A DNA stretch of 60,047 nucleotides, the filler included, from Ionaspis alba (Eukaryota): assembly GCA_964255285.1 (NCBI GenBank). It is 7 parts of 7 records of this genome, joined end to end, with 100 filler letters (N's around TTAATTAATTAA, not from the genome) between each part and the next. Parts side by side here need not be neighbours in the genome. Positions count along the whole stretch, not along the records: positions 25,843 to 34,348 come from CAXUUL010000739.1; positions 34,449 to 42,942 come from CAXUUL010000740.1; 5 more parts are not named here. One strand, 5' to 3'. This document shows, piece after piece, positions 28,801 through 39,791 of the stretch; the stretch's first letter is position 1; the number at the start of each line of letters is the position of its first letter. The translations under genes were made by a program, and so were the position numbers. The notes beneath the pieces were generated by a model that worked only from the letters and a program-made list of their open reading frames with translations, was not told the origin of the DNA and ran no database searches.

Positions 28801-28926
28801 GCACAAACCCATGCAGCAAATTACGAACAACGCATTCACACAAGCTCTGATCTCCTAACACCACCTGACCTCGAACACCACTACACCTATTCCAGCGCCT
28901 CAGCCTGGGCATCCAATTCCCATTCC
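25843..28926 (+). CDS. Fungal N-terminal helical (HeLo-like/SesA-type) domain + ankyrin-repeat protein, both ends truncated
   Basis: Spliced N-terminus ...CTKVAELLLQRLEQLKNRGKRRPWKSFRHALKSVWSKAEIEHLAAQLASYRQQL; ankyrin-like segments ILLEAGADPT, LLLRRGANISARDDRTGETCLHKA, EDNDGLTPWDLA; acidic tail; several GT-AG introns. Confidence 0.75.
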
Positions 28927-29164
28927 NNNNNNNNNNNNNNNNNNNNNNNNNNNNNNNNNNNNNNNNNNNNNNNNNNNNNNNNNNNNNNNNNNNNNNNNNN
29001 NNNNNNNNNNNNNNNNNNNNNNNNNNCCGAACGCCAAGCAGCGGGTCTTTCTTCAAGCGTTCCAGCTTCCGGAGCTGGGTTTGTGCGCATCTACTGGGTT
29101 ACGGAATGTCTTATCCCTGTATTTCATCATGTGGCAGGGGATTGGTTTGCGCTGGAAGGGGATC

Positions 29165-30400
29165 TCAAAGCTGAACATTATAGCCACGCTCAGAGTTAGA
29201 TCCGGGCATAGGTTCGGCTTTGGATCTGGATGAGGATGGCGATGAGGATCGGCTTGGATAGCGTCTTCTTGAAATAGGCTCATACACGACCGCACTCCTT
29301 CTCAATGGTCGCCGAACCTGTCCCTGGCTATCCGGCCACCTCCCTTCGCTCGATTGAGATTCCCTCCAGAGTGGATCAACGGGGCCCTCTGCTTTCAGTC
29401 TCCAGCCCTCTACTTTGGGAATCTTGAGTAGCGAGGCATCAAGAGAGGGCATAAAGTTTTCCCAGAGAGCCTGCGTAGAGATCCTCTGGACATATGGCAT
29501 AGGCACAACGTAGTAGGTGGAGGAGCCCTTGCTACCTGGTCTTCGTGTTATGAAACCAGATACAGGGTCTGGCTCAGCGTCGGCCTGTGGGAATTTCGAG
29601 AAATAAAACTCATCGTCTACATCATCGTCACCAAGCATGGAGCCTCCAAATACCTCCTCTTCCCATGCTTGGCCGAGTTCGACGAAGTTCTGATCTTCCC
29701 AAAAAGGCTCAAACCTGTCGCGATGCGATCCGGCATAAACGACGTGGACGACTTCGTGACAGATGACAACAGCACAAGCAACTTGTGCTCGAAGAATAGC
29801 GCAGATGGTTTCAGGATTCTGTTCTCTTGATTCCAGTTCTCGGATCAGGTCAAGCCTCCGAGATCCCAAGTACACGTTGCACCCACATCCTTCATTGCCC
29901 CTTCGCCGGTAGTTTTGGAAAAATATCTCCCTCGAGTCCTCGCGATATGTTACAGCATCCTGGGCTTGCCCTAACCATCTCTTGTCCTTGCTGTCAATCA
30001 CTGACCATTCTAGGTGATTTGCGAATAGTTCCAGGTTTTGATCAAGTTCCTGACGGACATCACAAATCGACTGGTCTTTGTGACTATAAGGATCGATACG
30101 CCCGATTGTATGTATTTTGTCCCCATGTGTAAGCGAAAGCTGGAAATCCTCGATTCGTTTTGCGTTGATCGCTGAGAACAAGAAAAGGAAGCTGGCATGG
30201 GATCGGAGTATGAGCGAAGAGAGGCACAGAATTGGTCGAAGAATCCTCCAAGTGTCATTGTCTGTGTTGCGCCATCGGCTTTGGCGGAGCATAGGATGTA
30301 GCTCACACGACAAATCATTAGGTCGGGCATGAGGAAGATTCGTCAGACCTGTGGCTCGTATGTCTTCGAGTATGAGCTCGACAAACCTTGCCGAAGTCAT
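29165..30400 (-). CDS. Hypothetical protein with an HExxH zincin-like motif
   Basis: 411-aa intronless ORF; AVVICHEVVHVVY followed by EPFWEDQNFVELGQAWEEEVFGG. Confidence 0.7.
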   Translation of the reverse strand: MTSARFVELILEDIRATGLTNLPHARPNDLSCELHPMLRQSRWRNTDNDTWRILRPILCLSSLILRSHASFLFLFSAINAKRIEDFQLSLTHGDKIHTIGRIDPYSHKDQSICDVRQELDQNLELFANHLEWSVIDSKDKRWLGQAQDAVTYREDSREIFFQNYRRRGNEGCGCNVYLGSRRLDLIRELESREQNPETICAILRAQVACAVVICHEVVHVVYAGSHRDRFEPFWEDQNFVELGQAWEEEVFGGSMLGDDDVDDEFYFSKFPQADAEPDPVSGFITRRPGSKGSSTYYVVPMPYVQRISTQALWENFMPSLDASLLKIPKVEGWRLKAEGPVDPLWRESQSSEGRWPDSQGQVRRPLRRSAVVYEPISRRRYPSRSSSPSSSRSKAEPMPGSNSERGYNVQL

Positions 30401-30879
30401 GATGCTGGAAGCCTCCTCGGATGTTTAGCCGCTGGAAGTTGAAGAGAGGAGCTGCATGACTAGATTGTCTCAGAAGACAAAGCTTGGAGACACGACAAAG
30501 AAAACATACTTCCTGTTGTGGAAATCTCGCATGAAGCTAGACAATTCAGACAACAAAGACAACGTTACAGAGAACAATCGGTACAATTGATGTTTTTAGA
30601 TGTTCTGGCGATCTGGTCCAACTGACAATAGAAACACAAGGTATATCCAAGGCGTGAATGTTCAGCTTAAGACAGACTTCGTAACTGCATGATCACTACA
30701 AAAATTCTAAAAACAGGCAGAGAATTTGCAGTGGCCTGATCTTGCACATTCAATGCTCGGGGCAAGAGCTGCTCAGGAGTATCGGGAAAGTATCGTGGAG
30801 AACAAAGCAAGACATGTCAGCTATGTGCTAAGAGGTCGGGTCCTGGAGAAGTTGCATGGAAATTGTCTAAGAATCAACC

Positions 30880-31654
30880 TCAAGCATTTCTATTGTGTCT
30901 TCTCAACATCTCAGGATGCTGATGCACGCTCGGCATCCAACCCATACCAATCGCCCTCCTAATAGCCTTTGCTATCCGTCTCTGATTTACTCTCCGTAAT
31001 CCTGTATCCCGAGGATGCTTGATTCGTCCCATCGAGGTCATGTATTCCGACATCATAGCGTAATTCTGAAATTTCTTAGATCAGTCCAAACTCCCGAACA
31101 CATAGCTAGTCAACATCACTTACTCTATACTCATCCAAAGGATTGATCGCCAGGATATCGAACACATCAGTCGAGGGTTTCGACCTCTGTCTCCACTTCA
31201 TCATCTCGGCAGGACTTAAGTCATGGGGCGCATAAACATCCCCTCCACTCCATCTCCGTGTCTGCATCTTCTCCAGATCTTTAGCACGGCGTTCTTTCTC
31301 CAACTTAGACAACATTTCCGTGCGATTCTTATTATTTCCGAACCTTTTCACAGATTCCCTGGACAGGCCGTCGTACAGCTTAGCAGCAAATTCGTTCTTG
31401 CTTCTGGGTTCTGTGGCAGGAGGCGGAGTACTCTGCATTTCGGGTTCTTCAAGCCCTCGGAGGAGGGCTGCTGGTTGGTTATATCCTGATAGATTTAGTC
31501 TTCGTGGTTTGAGCATTGGATTCGCAAGCGACTTACTATTGGTGGGGAAAGGGGTTGCTTTGAGAGATGCGCGTTGGGTGGAAATAGATCTGCAGATGCA
31601 TCTTGCTTCTGCGATCATGAATAATGATTTTGAGAATGTAGTGTTGAGAGCCAT
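30880..31654 (-). CDS. rsm18: Mitochondrial ribosomal protein bS18m, 2 exons
   Basis: RRWSGGDVYAPHDLS, DVFDILAINPLDEY, then spliced exon NYAMMSEYMTSMGRIKHPRDTGLRRVNQRRIAKAIRRAIGMGWMPSVHQHPE. Confidence 0.93.
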
Positions 31655-31976
31655 TCTAAGAATCGGGGAGTGTACTACACTGCTGGTGGCTTTTCAGAGG
31701 TTGGATTGTCTTCAAGATCCAGAGTGACCGCGCGGAGCTCGGACCCTCGAACTATTTTCGATGGGGGATTATGACGCCGGCTCCGCCGTTATTTCAAGAC
31801 CGTAGGACGAGTCCAATTGAGAAAAAACCACAAGACTGTATATAATCTATGCACAGGTGTTTACATTGCTTTTGCAATGTATGAAAGTCCAATTGGTCAG
31901 TTGCTGGTTCTTTAGGAGATGACCCTACTGACAATACCTTGCCAGCAGCTCCTTCACCATTTCCCCGCCACGCATA

Positions 31977-34348
31977 ATGCGATCTCATTTAACACGTCAG
32001 GTCTTCAGGCACATTATTCAGAATGAGCCTATATGGCACAGACAGAGCTGGGGATTTGACTGTACACGGCGACACTTGGCAAGATGCAATACTTCAAAGC
32101 TGCCACGAGTCCCCAGTAGATCTATCTTCGGTTTCTCTCGGAAGCGTCCGCGGGAGACCAAAGAGCCGGACTTTGATCCTGGATATGAAGAGCTATTGGA
32201 GCTAAGTAATATGCTCGCAGTGAAAGCTAGGCCGCGACCAATTGCAGATATCTCACAGGCATTGAAAGACTTCTTCAGATCAAAGCAGAAGTTGGGACAA
32301 CCCCTTGAGGAGGTCCAAGCTCGTTATGCAATACGCGCTTTTGAATATGTGCATAGTCACGCTGCTCAAGGGAAAAGATCTTCGTTGACTTACGAGGATC
32401 TTCAAGTTGCGTTACAGGCATTGGTGGCGGGAAAAGGACACGAGCAGTATAAGGATCGCCTGTTCTTGGCCGAAATTGTCTTTAAGGAGATATCTCGGTT
32501 GAGAGAGGAAGGAATCGGCCAGGAGGACGGGAAGGCCTTTGTTTCGGACGTTTTGTTTCCATATTTGCTCATTCTGACCCAGTGTGGCAAGACTATGCAA
32601 GCACGGGAGCTTGTTGAAGGATTTTGGTTGACATACACAAAGAAAGATAATCCTGGTCTATGGCATCAGACGCTTCGAGGATTTGCCAAGGAGAGGAACG
32701 AAGAGGAGCTTGTACAGACTATCCACAGGATGCGAGAGAATGGTGTGTCGTTTGACCCTAAAGCTCACCAGGCCATCTTCATGGCTTGCCGCGACCAGAA
32801 TGATTTTGTTCTAACCAAGAAGTGGTATATGCATCCTATCGATGATGACAAGCCTCCAAGGCTTCGTACTGAGGTTGATATGGTGAAGATGTGTATGTCA
32901 CACAAAGATTTCGAATTTGGTCAAGCGATCATCACCAAGCTGCTGGAAGGAGGACCCAATAAACAAGTGTGGGATCTGACTTTCCAATGGGCTGCAGCCA
33001 GAGGCAAAGGAGTGGACGAAGTCGAGAGGATGATGAATGTAATGGTCCGAACAAATGAACAGAATGGCTCTGATGCACGGCCTGACATCGACACAATCAA
33101 CGGTCTCATAGAATTAGCAAACTCGGTGAACGATCCCTATACTGCTGAGCGCTTCTTCGCCCTCGGCCAAAAATGGAACATCTCCCCCAACGCCCAAACA
33201 TACTTCCTCCAATTCGACTATCGCCTAAAAGTCAACGACCTCGACGGCGCCCAGCACGTCTACAAACAACTCCAAGCCTACGAAATCCCCGACAACCGTG
33301 ACATCCCCCTCATCAACAAACTCATCCTAGCTCTTTGCGCTACCGACTCCCCCGACCATACTCTCATCATGACTTACGTGGAGGACCTGACCGAACGCTC
33401 CGCCCGCTTCTCACCCCAAGTCGTCTCCGCCCTCTCTCTGCTCCATCTCCGCCAGAACGAGCTTCACGACGTCATTGATCTCCTCTCGACCCACGCCTTC
33501 CACTACGAGCTCTCCGACCGCGCCCTTATCCGCGATGCCCTCGTCGGCTATATCCTCGACCGCGCGAACAGCACCGCCCGCGCCTGGGACACCTACACCA
33601 TCACCCGGCAGATATTCACCGAAACTCCCACTTCCCTCCGGCTAGCGCTGATGGAGGAATTCTTTGCCCGCGGCCGCTCCGACATGGCGACCCACGTCTT
33701 CGGCCACATGCGGCAGTTCCCGAACCCGGAAAAACGACCCACGGCCGCTGCATACGCGCAGTGTCTCGAGGGTATTGCCCAGCTGGCAGATCTGACCTCG
33801 CTTGAGACGGTGCATAACATGCTGAAACTTGACGTGCACGTCGAGCCCGATACCAAGCTGCATAACGCGATGATGCTGGCATATTCTGCGTGCGGTATGC
33901 CGGAGCGAGCGCTTGAGTTCTGGGATGACATTGTCTATTCCCGGGAAGGACCGACCTACAACAGTATTAGGATTGCGCTCAAAGCGTGCGAGAAGGCGCC
34001 TTGGGGGGATAAGGCTGCGAGGGATATTTGGGGGCGGCTGAAGAGGTTTGAGATCGAGGTTGGGAAGGAGATCTATGAAGGGTATGTGGCGGCATTGGCG
34101 GGACAGGGTATGGGGAGGGAGGCCAGGGAGATGTTGGTGAAGATGGCGGAGGAGGTGGGGACGGACCCGGATGCGATGACGTGAGTTTGATCTCGGGCTT
34201 GCTTTTTGTTGCTGAAGGTTGGGATGAGTGAGGCTGACAGGTGAACAGGTTGGGCATGTATTATAATGCCACTCCGGGCCAAGTGAAGAAGGCGGTTGCG
34301 GAGGAGTGGATTAAAGAGAATTATCCGGCTATTTGGGAGGACTTGGAG
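31977..34348 (+). CDS. cia84: Mitochondrial PPR-type protein, complex I intermediate-associated protein CIA84-like, 3' truncated
   Basis: Arg/Ser-rich presequence MRSHLTRQVFR; helical PPR-like repeats (PDIDTINGLI, DPYTAERF, PDTKLHNAMMLAY, SREGPTYNSI); intron at 34181. Confidence 0.8.
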
Positions 34349-35060
34349 NNNNNNNNNNNNNNNNNNNNNNNNNNNNNNNNNNNNNNNNNNNNTTAATTAA
34401 TTAANNNNNNNNNNNNNNNNNNNNNNNNNNNNNNNNNNNNNNNNNNNNGTGCAGAAGCATAAGTCCATCGATTAAACGGTACCGACGAGTTGCGCAAGCA
34501 AAAGCTCCAACCTAGCCGGTTCCCGTCCAACAATCTCCTCGCAGAATGCGCCACCAAACAAAGTGCCATAGTATGAATTTGTCTAGATTGTTGCAAAGTA
34601 CCTGTCCGATCACCACACACAACACACAACACACACTGAGGGGAAGAATGAAGGAAGCCCGGTCGAAGATGTCACAAACAGCGTCCGCACACGCCCCCTC
34701 CCTCGGCACGAGTCAAAGGCAGGTGTAAATAAAAAAAGAGGAAGAAACTGGAGACCTTGTCACATACAACAAGAAGCCACGGGAAACGTCACCAGCCGCT
34801 CCCACCAACCACCACCACCACTACCGTCCCATCAACTGTGTATTTGCCAATCTAACGCAGTCGACAGTAGCAGTAGCAGCCCACCAGATATTTCCCCATA
34901 CCCCCTTCCTAGGCCTCGCCAAACTGCTACGGTCTCAAGCCCCCGAGAACATCGTCAATAATCCTCTTTGCAGCAACGACAACATCGATAAGTATCCAGC
35001 GTCCCCATCCATTGTATCAAGGCCCGCTTTCCCCCTCCTTCTTTCTGGCCTGCCACTACC

Positions 35061-36071
35061 TTACAAGATCAAGCACTTCCGGTTCTTGTCCGATTTAGTT
35101 CTATGGCTCTTGGACAGTAGTGCGGAGCGGGTCGCGTGCTCGAAGACTTCTCGGACGCCGTCGTTGGTTTTGGCGGAACACTCGAGATACTTGTGGGCGC
35201 CGATCTTTCGTCGAACTTCTTCTCCCTGTAAGACGTGCGCTGTCAGCTCATCTGTTTATCAGATAGTTTTCTCTTTAGGCATATTGTATATTCGAGGATA
35301 TCTGGTTCCAGACATGGTAGCGCAGGTGATAGGAGGGGCGATTTACCTGTTCGGGTGTCACAGGCTTCTGCGACGTCTTGTGCAATTCCTCAAGCGTCTT
35401 GTGGTCGTTGCGGAGATCCTTCTTGCATCCAACAAGGATTATTGGCAGGCCTGGGCAGAAATGGAGGACTTCAGAGATCCACTAGATGACCATATAAATC
35501 AGCGCTTGCTCTATCATTGTCATGCCGGTCTTGCTCTTTCGGCATGTGATAGTAGCGCATTCATACCTTCTCCTGAACGTTGTCCAACGAATCCGGAGAG
35601 TCGACAGCGAAGCAGATGAGAATGACGTGTGAGTCGGGATAGGATAGAGGGCGGAGACGGTCGTAATCTTCTTGACCTGCCGTATCCCATAAGGCTAATT
35701 CGACGTGCTTGCCATCGACCTCGACGTCGGCGACGTAGTTCTCGAAGACGGTAGGGACATAGACCTAGAGTGATTGTATAGATGTCAGTGAAAGCTGTTC
35801 ACTATAAGTATTCTGATATTCGACGTTGTTCCTCCAACCGATTCGCCGAAGCTGATTCTGCTAGTATTCAATATGCGGGAAGGATTGGAAAATGCTGACC
35901 TCTGGAAAGGTACCCTTGGAAAAGACACTGTAAAGTAATAAAAACATTAGACTCTGTATACTGAACCGCAGAGGAAAGCTTGTGGAGGAAATAAGAGACT
36001 TACATTAACAGACAAGTCTTTCCGCATGCACCATCTCCGACGATGACGAGTTTGCGGCGGATCTCAGCCAT
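35061..36071 (-). CDS. rho1: Rho1 small GTPase, 5 coding exons (not recovered by the ORF track)
   Basis: Spliced translation [75 protein letters not shown]...[14 protein letters not shown]...CAAX end KCLIL*. Confidence 0.96.
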
Positions 36072-37151
36072 CTTGAAGCCAGGCTTTGTACAGATCAGTA
36101 ATGGTTCTTATAGCTTGAATGAAGATTGTCAAAGGTGTATGCCTGCGTAGATGGAGCAGACTGCGGTGCTATAAGTAGTATGATGGGAGGTCGTGCGTGG
36201 AGTCTAGATGTTGATGGAAGGAGGTTGTGTTGGGAGATTGGCCGACGTTCGAAGAGCCAAGCGATTCTCGAATGCAGGAGAATGACTTACAGTGTATGAG
36301 TCGTGTCAAAGGAGAGTGGAGCAAGTGAGAATCTTTGGGACGTGCGTGGAAGGAACGAGTAGAGAGTCTTGGATGGGGGTGGACGGGTGCAAGCAATGAT
36401 GTGGTGGTTTTTGAGACTCTCTTTGCGAGAGAGGGTTATCTGCTTGGGATTGCTCTGGCTTCCAGGCGTTGCCTGAGCGCTAGCGGACTAGTTGCCTTCC
36501 GGGGCCAAGTAGGTGCTGGACTGCAAGTGTTTCGGTAACTGCAGCCTGTGCTTGCTTGCTTTCCGACAGTAACGACAACGACAATAAAGGAGGAAAGAAT
36601 AGAGTAGATGATGTATGGTCTTTGTGTTTGTGTAGTCGAATGGTCTTTTATGTGGAAGAGCGGCGTAGAATTGTGGAGTACGTAAAGAGAAGGGGGAGAA
36701 ATTCAAGCGGCGGAGGACTCTGATGGACTATCGTATGACTGTGATTGACTTGCTTGATTCCTGGATCTTGGCCCTTGGTCCTATCATTTCCCCCGGGCAT
36801 CCGTCATGCCCATCAAGCTGCCTTGGCCCTTATTTCGAGGCACGCTAACAGCTTTGCGTTACGAATCTACATACAAAGCACTTGGAACAAAGAAAGCCCA
36901 ACTTCCTGTAAGGCAGATTCAATGATGTTTCATCGGAACCTGAAATGTGACAGTACTAGAGATCGAATAACATTCTGTTGGCCCTGTAGCAGACTTAGAA
37001 CCTTTGTACAACTATCAAGACATTGTAGATATTGTACAAGGTCAGAGTGTAATTATCTACAGCCCATTGTATGTACAGAACGCCAACCAGTGCTAGATAC
37101 AGATATTGGAGTATGCCCTGCTCCGAATCTCTATATCTCGCTCTCGGCTCT

Positions 37152-38272
37152 CTATCTCGCAGAAACTTGCTGCGCTTCCGGTGACGTTGCCTGCCTCGCC
37201 ATCACCTCTCCAATCTTCGCCAGCATCTCCTCGCTCAATACTGGCTTGCCCTTCGCCTTCCTTTCCAACCTTTCCTTCCGATTCACTTCCTTAAGCGGCG
37301 TCATCATCTTCTTGATACTCCTCTTTCTCTCTTCAGCCTCCTCATCCTCCTTCACCTTCTTCGCAACCCACGAAGGATCATGCCTATCCCGGAACTTACT
37401 GTACTTGTTCCGTAGCTCGTCAATGATGCTGAACGGCATTGGCGCGGTGATGAGTGTAGGCACCCAGGTCTTCTGCTCGACTTCAATGCGTAGGGTGTCG
37501 CAATCGTTGTCGTCAAACTCCTCGGGAGGTTTCTCCGGGTACGGTATGCGAGTTGCTGGTCGGAGGCCGGCGATGAACCGACTAGGGCTTTCCTCCCCAC
37601 TTAGCTCTTTTATATTGGTCTTCTTCAGCTTCAGCTCTTTGATGACAACATCTCGTAGTACTCCAGTCTCGGGATGTGGTAGCGGAGCGACAAGGCGGAC
37701 AGCTGATAGAGGCAGTGGAGCTTCGTAGGCGCGAATGGGAGTCTTGTCGGTCTCGTTTACAAGCATGTAATTTGGGACAGCCACATCGACCTAGTAACAC
37801 CAAAGTCGTTAGCTTTCATTCTTCTTCCTCGAGTCGACTTAGTAAAACTTACCTGGTTGAGACCCTGGACAGTACATTCTTCAGCTTCCTTCCTTACTTC
37901 CCGCACCGTACCAATCTTCCCTTGTTCCCGGTGTCCATCCTGCACAATGACAACCCTATCGCCCTCCACGATACCCCATTCTTTGTACTGGCCCTTTGGC
38001 TTCTCCACGCCCCTAAATCGCCGTGGGGAGAGTGTTCCATAGGTATCCTTTGCATTGCCCACGTCTCTTTTCGGTGCGAGTGGTCCAAGCAACCAGTCCT
38101 CTTTCCGTGCTAGACGAGCGTTCAATACATCATCCCGAACTGATCTGTTGATTACCGTTTGCGATTGGTTGCGGAATTTGCGATTATCAGAACTGCTCTG
38201 CCCTTTCCGAGCGGCTATCCTACGCTCTGCTTGCTTCTTCGCCAAGGCAGTTCGACGCAGTACTTTCTGCAT
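37152..38272 (-). CDS. mrpl40: Mitochondrial ribosomal protein uL24m (MrpL40, KOW domain), 2 exons
   Basis: DWLLGPLAPKRDVG, KOW IVEGDRVVIVQDGHREQGKIGTV, PLPLSAVRLV, APMPFSIIDELRNKYSKFR. Confidence 0.88.
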
Positions 38273-39791
38273 TGGTATCAGTAGAAAGTGTCAAGATGGT
38301 CGTCTNNNNNNNNNNNNNNNNNNNNNNNNNNNNNNNNNNNNNNNNNNNNNNNNNNNNNNNNNNNNNNNNNNNNNNNNNNNNNNNNNNNNNNNNNNNNNNN
38401 NNNNNTGAGTGTGCCAAATTTTGGTCAACCGAGTGTCGAGGCAGTTGATTCGCTGTACTTTGCATAGCTACATGTATGATACCCCATGGCTGTCACACGC
38501 ATTAACATTATATGCTACTGTATCATGAACGTGAAGAGAGCGTCGCTTATCTCGCTTGACGTTATCTTGGTACACAATCAACAGCCCTGATTCAGCTAGA
38601 AGGTATCCGGGGGTCAAATAAGGAGAGTTAGTTGCATCAAGACAGGTATATTCAGCTTTCCCACGTCTCCATTATTACCTCCGCTTTGCACCCAGAGTCT
38701 CCGTATCCCATTTTAGCCACTCCATGTCAAATCCTCAAAGGCTAATGCGCGAAAGAGCCAAGCCTAATTCCCTTCTGTTGACTTTTATCAAAGATAGTGC
38801 TTTAGAACATCGGCCTCGTGAAGAGTCTCCTTCGAAGCCGGATTGAAAAGGGTTAACGCATGAGCCGGTCGATGACTATCCATCGGCATCAATACTTCCG
38901 GGACCGATCCTTTGAAACCATCCAGCACATTGCCCCCAGCCTACCACATCCACTCCATTCTCGGAACGCAAGTGTAGCGTTCGCACTGCTGTCCTGGAGG
39001 AAGGATCAGGCTGGCCGCGCAACCTTCGAGCTATTTCCAGACGAAGGCTGAGAGCTTCGTACTGCTCCAAGACATGGGGCTTCGCAGGCTTTGCTCATGG
39101 CTTCGATATACTGGAGATGTGATATATGTGGAGTTTCGTTCAGCACACTGGAGCAGACGAGGAAGAAAACGATTAGGTTCCGTGTTGTTGCAATAGCCGT
39201 TACCGCCGCATACGAAACATCAAGATGTCCGAGCTCTTTCCAGAGCATTTTTGCAGGAAGTCCTCAGAATTATGGTAAGCAAAACAAAGACGATAAAAGA
39301 AATGTACAGTATCTATCTCCATTCTTGTTGATTGATATTTGTTGTTGCTGGGGAAACACTGCACCACCTCATGGTTCTTGTGTTACTTTCTCTAGATTTG
39401 TCAAAGAAGCTTTTGTATGAACCAGGACAACACGAGATAAGACATTCGGATAGAACCACCCACGTTGTCGCGCAAACAAGTCTATCGTGTTTGGGACGGA
39501 TGAGGCTCTGAAAGTGCCCAGATCCTTCTGTCGTTCTTCATGCTGCTGCTGTATCCAATGGATCGCCTAGATGGCTGTCGAAACCCGGTCGCATAGACCC
39601 AATTGCCGACACCGTGCCCCACGAATCCGGTAGCTGGATATAGATACCTTAACATCCGCTCGGAGGGAGCTCCGTCCGACATTGAGCTGGTAAAACGCAC
39701 ATTCGGCTTTTAGTGTTTAAGACTCCCCCAATACTGACATTGAAGATACCCGCGTCGGTGGAGCAATTGGCAAACCATGGCATCACAAACG

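Noticed and set aside
17856..30400. Metacaspase + HeLo-like/ankyrin + HExxH as one cell-death cluster
   Set aside because: The metacaspase is on a different scaffold (linker at 25743-25842) and looks like the ordinary housekeeping orthologue
35086..35619. 177-aa + strand ORF
   Set aside because: Antisense shadow of the rho1 exons
36745..37728. 327-aa + strand ORF
   Set aside because: Antisense to mrpl40 and its 3' UTR; no motifs, non-ATG start
37845..37856. ACTTACCTGG resembling the U1 snRNA 5' end
   Set aside because: It is the reverse complement of the mrpl40 intron donor CCAGGTAAGT; no U1 body follows
38406..39700. Several short minus-strand ORFs suggesting a gene relic
   Set aside because: I could not assemble a consistent frame or recognise any motif
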